Shown one piece after another: positions 60,593-64,000 of a stretch of DNA of 64,000 bases. The translations under genes and the position numbers were made by a program. The stretch comes from a virus. Lineage: Duplodnaviria; Caudoviricetes. Positions within the stretch are counted from its first letter, which is position 1. The number at the start of each line of letters is the position of its first letter. The stretch lies in the IMG/VR virus record IMGVR_UViG_3300032319_000936, positions 116,759 through 180,758 of that record; one strand, 5' to 3'. The notes under the pieces were generated by a model, which saw nothing but the letters and a program-made list of their open reading frames with translations, did not search any database and was not told the origin of the DNA.

Positions 60593-60649
60593 TTTTTAGT
60601 TTTAAATGGTTAATATTAGTTTCTTATGTATATATCAGATAGCAAAAGT

Positions 60650-62578
60650 TTAAAATACAAGCAAAACAAATCCAGGGGTTGGAATAGTTGCAGGTCCTGC
60701 CTGAGTGGCTCCTGTATATAGGAACTTCAAAGAAAGCAAATGTAATGCAAAACAGACTGCGAGCTTGGTTGAAAGGGCTTTAGGAATAAGGTTTTGATTC
60801 TTTGTTGCTTCGAGTAATTTTTTCTGTGACTCTATAAGAGAAAGAAGGGCTTTAAATTCTTTAGATTCACTAGAATTTGAAAGGGAAGCTGCTTTTTCCA
60901 CAAGTCCGCTCGGATCTAATTTAGGATTAAAGATAGGATTTAGCCCCACATTAAAAGCCAGCCTCATCTTATTGGCAAGAGTAAACGGGAGGCCAGGAAA
61001 AATTATAGTAAAAAGTCCAGGAACTGGCAAGGTAGCCGGAAGTACAGGTGGGCTGGATGCAAAGCAAGTAGGAACCAATCCTAATATAGTCCAATACAAA
61101 ACCACACTAGAGGACATGATTAAATAAGGATCACTCTTAGACATGAGATCAGCTATCTTAGCATCCAGACCGAAATTTATTAGCTTCTGTTGGAAATCGG
61201 GAGATAGTGACCCCAGTACGTTCTTAACAGAATCCTTTGCACTTTTTACAGCATCCTGCTCCTGCACAGCAGCAGAAGGATAAATTGGTCCGTCGGGTGG
61301 AAATCTATATGGCTCACCCTGGCTTTTCACGGGATACCCACTCTTGCCAAAAACTTTATCTATACTGAATTTTTCAATTGATTCAGTAGCCAAATCAGTT
61401 ACCACTACAGTTAAATTTTCAGATCCGTTTAACGTAAACCTTATATTGATTACCGGTGTACCAGCAAGGCCATATTGTATATTATTAAGAGTAACGTCTC
61501 GTAATACAGAAACATCACTTCCCGATTTTATTGCAATTTTAAATTGGGCCTCCTTCTGGAAATCGCCTACTGTAGTCACAGAGCGTGAGCTAACCGTGGG
61601 AAAAATTGAATTCTCGTCTATTATGGATATGAAATTTTTACCGTCTGTGGATATTCCCAATGAGGAAGGAGTAGTCTTGGGTGAATCAGTAAAAGATTCA
61701 TCGGATTCCTTTGCCAAACCTTTAGCAATATAAGGGGTTATTATCTCTATCCATTTCTGAAGCTCTATAGAATAAAGACTTATAAATATGTTGTCTATCT
61801 CGTTTCTAACTGCCTGGGTTCCGCTGTCAGAACCGGTGTTTGCTCTTACCGCTTGATCCAATCTATCCTTTTTATCGTCACTTAGAGTTTTTTGAAGATA
61901 GTCATATAGGTCATTAAATGTCAAAGCCCCAATACCTCTAGAATTTATCTCATCCTGAGCATCTTCTTTTGCATCCTCCCTATCGTAGGTTAATATCGTA
62001 TTGATACCCGGTAGATATCCGTACTTAGCTATACTAGACTTCGCTTTTTGCAGGGTGTTACCGAATATAGAGATCTTTGTATTTCCTACGTTATTAAAAT
62101 CTACTTTAGCTTTGAAGTTAAATATCTTGGCAGATTCCTTCCCTCCAGTCTCGTGCAGAACAAAATCCCAGGCACCATTCTTTCTGATGTCTTCCAGATC
62201 GTCCTGTGACACAAGATTAAAAATATCGTCTAGAGATTGATCTGTAACCTGGGGCTGCTCTTTGAAAGATTTTTGCTCCTCCTCAGAAGGTATGGGATCA
62301 GAGCCATCAAAATACTTCTTATCCTGCTGTAACTGTTTAAAAGTTTTCTGTGAGTTCTGTAGAAGGAAAAAACCAAGACCAAATCCAAGATCTAATATAG
62401 GCTTGAAGCTCTGCGCTAAAGTGCCATTTAAAGAATTTCCAGAGGGAATAGCTTTAGCATCTTTTATGGTATTAACATAATATTCAGATAGTTTTTTACC
62501 GGTTTGAAAAGGACCACTAGATTGGTTAGAGGATAAAAAATTAGAAAAATCAGTTATAAATTTTTGCCAATTAGCCAT
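60650..62578 (-). CDS. Hypothetical protein next to the spike gene, hydrophobic C-terminus
   Basis: 642-aa ORF. Confidence 0.65.
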   Translation of the reverse strand: MANWQKFITDFSNFLSSNQSSGPFQTGKKLSEYYVNTIKDAKAIPSGNSLNGTLAQSFKPILDLGFGLGFFLLQNSQKTFKQLQQDKKYFDGSDPIPSEEEQKSFKEQPQVTDQSLDDIFNLVSQDDLEDIRKNGAWDFVLHETGGKESAKIFNFKAKVDFNNVGNTKISIFGNTLQKAKSSIAKYGYLPGINTILTYDREDAKEDAQDEINSRGIGALTFNDLYDYLQKTLSDDKKDRLDQAVRANTGSDSGTQAVRNEIDNIFISLYSIELQKWIEIITPYIAKGLAKESDESFTDSPKTTPSSLGISTDGKNFISIIDENSIFPTVSSRSVTTVGDFQKEAQFKIAIKSGSDVSVLRDVTLNNIQYGLAGTPVINIRFTLNGSENLTVVVTDLATESIEKFSIDKVFGKSGYPVKSQGEPYRFPPDGPIYPSAAVQEQDAVKSAKDSVKNVLGSLSPDFQQKLINFGLDAKIADLMSKSDPYLIMSSSVVLYWTILGLVPTCFASSPPVLPATLPVPGLFTIIFPGLPFTLANKMRLAFNVGLNPIFNPKLDPSGLVEKAASLSNSSESKEFKALLSLIESQKKLLEATKNQNLIPKALSTKLAVCFALHLLSLKFLYTGATQAGPATIPTPGFVLLVF

Positions 62579-62580
62579 CC

Positions 62581-63258
62581 TTATCTAGTTTTGGTGATGA
62601 AACTCAATTGGGCTGTTGTCATTGGTGAGGCAGGAGGTGACGATGGTCCCGCTGGTGTAGCGTGTGTGTGTTGATTGAAGAAACTTAAAAAAGTATCACC
62701 AAGTATAACCTTTTCCAGAGTCTTAGCACCGCTTCCTAGCTCTATATTTCCAGATTCTATGATAACTTTGTTATCCTCCATCCTAATCTCGTCGTTGCCC
62801 ATCTTTACAACCACTCTAAGCTGGCCGCCGTTCTGTGTGTCCAGCTGTATTTTTGCATTATCTAGTTCAAAAACAAGCCCATCTTTATATGTGTAGAACA
62901 TATGCAAGGGTCCAGGTTTTGCCTCAGGGTCATAGATCATATAGTTTGCTCCAAAGTAGCAGTTATCCACGTGCAGCTTATCTAAAAGATCATTAGTTAT
63001 CTCCTTGAGGTAGTGATAGGTCATTTTATAATAGTTACCCTTCTCTAAGCCAACCTCTACAATAGCTCCTAACCTCGGTACACAAATGTTGCCACCACCA
63101 ACACCGGCAAAGGATAAGCCGGAGATTTGCTCAGCCCAGGGTAAATCATCTACCGGAATATCATCGAAAAATCCAAAAACACGGATTTTTGCTCTGCCCT
63201 GTCTTTCAGGGTCGTCTATATCTATTATTACACCTAATATGGTTCTTTCACTTGCCAT
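62581..63258 (-). CDS. Baseplate hub/central spike (gp5/gpV-like OB fold)
   Basis: GVIIDIDDPERQGRAKIRVFG..LPWA, VPRLGAIV and a C-terminal HTH metal-binding motif FNQHTH. Confidence 0.85.
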   Translation of the reverse strand: MASERTILGVIIDIDDPERQGRAKIRVFGFFDDIPVDDLPWAEQISGLSFAGVGGGNICVPRLGAIVEVGLEKGNYYKMTYHYLKEITNDLLDKLHVDNCYFGANYMIYDPEAKPGPLHMFYTYKDGLVFELDNAKIQLDTQNGGQLRVVVKMGNDEIRMEDNKVIIESGNIELGSGAKTLEKVILGDTFLSFFNQHTHATPAGPSSPPASPMTTAQLSFITKTR

Positions 63259-63260
63259 AG

Positions 63261-63998
63261 TTACATTTCAAAATCAGACTCTGGGGGATTAAAGTCACCT
63301 AAGCTTATATTATACTTATCGATAGGCTTCAGGTTTCCTAGAGTTAAATCCTTTTGCGAACTAATTTTCTCCAAAACAAAATCCTCCACAGTTTTAGGAT
63401 AAACCCTACCTATACCGCTATCACTAGTGGACTGTAAATTACTCACACCTGGGTAAACGTCACCAATTGAACCAGGACCGTTTGTTACAGGAGGAACTGG
63501 CGGATAAACATCATAAGATCCTAGAACGTTATTAGCATCCGGCGCGTTAGGTGGATATACTTTTTCATTGATATTAGATTCACTTGTTCCCATATTTGGC
63601 GGATAAACTTCTTCTCTAAAAGGAGGATATTGTCTAGCTGGAGCACCTAAATCAGTTCCAGGAACCTTTGAATAAACATCGTCTTTTAATCCCGAATTAT
63701 ATACACGATCAGGAACACCCAAATCTTCACCTGGCACCTTATTATAGGCATCACCATTGACCGTAGGATAGACTCTACCAGGAACACCCAAATCCTCGCC
63801 TGGAACTTTATTATATGCATCGCCCTCAGCTGGCGGATAGACTCTACTAGTGCCGCCTAAATCTTTTCCAGGTACATCAGGGTAGAAGTCACCTTCTGAG
63901 GGTGGATATACCCTATCAGGGCCACCTAGATCCTCACCTGGTACCTTAGCATAAACGTCGCTGTCTACTACGGGATAAACCCTATCAGGTACTCCTAA
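63261..63998 (-). CDS. C-terminal part of a repeat protein (23-aa LGxPxRVYP..D.Y.KVPGED units); 5' end outside the window
   Basis: Frame is open to the window edge; at least 5-6 repeats by manual translation. Confidence 0.75.
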   Translation of the reverse strand, partial: LGVPDRVYPVVDSDVYAKVPGEDLGGPDRVYPPSEGDFYPDVPGKDLGGTSRVYPPAEGDAYNKVPGEDLGVPGRVYPTVNGDAYNKVPGEDLGVPDRVYNSGLKDDVYSKVPGTDLGAPARQYPPFREEVYPPNMGTSESNINEKVYPPNAPDANNVLGSYDVYPPVPPVTNGPGSIGDVYPGVSNLQSTSDSGIGRVYPKTVEDFVLEKISSQKDLTLGNLKPIDKYNISLGDFNPPESDFEM

Positions 63999-64000
63999 AG

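Overview
AT-rich, almost entirely minus-strand segment of a T4-like jumbo/mega-phage (myovirus) genome read in standard code 11. The host is most likely Bacteroidota, judging from a Bacteroidetes-type DnaK, an Hc1-like protein, a DUF4494-like protein and A-rich leaders without Shine-Dalgarno sequences. In transcription order (right to left) it holds: a baseplate hub/spike, a ribosomal S1-like protein, an amidoligase-like protein, neck gp13, a free-standing endonuclease, gp25/gp6-like baseplate genes, several very large virion proteins, PhoH, three collagen-containing fibre paralogues, a spanin-like protein, a tail-tube-fold protein, a RuvC-like resolvase, gp32 SSB, primase, UvsY/UvsW, a cluster of probable head-packaged proteins, a mosaic tail-fibre/BspA cassette, a dnaK split by an intron, and an MBD4-like glycosylase. 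Main highlights: (1) a 413-nt group I intron (2615-3027) in the DLGG|GTFD motif of dnaK, with P1/P10 and P/Q/R/S elements readable and a relic endonuclease site in P8; (2) an operon of a Pol-beta nucleotidyltransferase, an RNA-ligase/HxGH nucleotidyltransferase fusion and a PD-(D/E)xK nuclease; (3) a T4 capsid-targeting-like motif shared by many small proteins; (4) a G-x-T-G motif scattered through the virion proteins; (5) a RATATATA/GATAAATA late-promoter motif. All family calls come from motif recognition by eye, without database searches.
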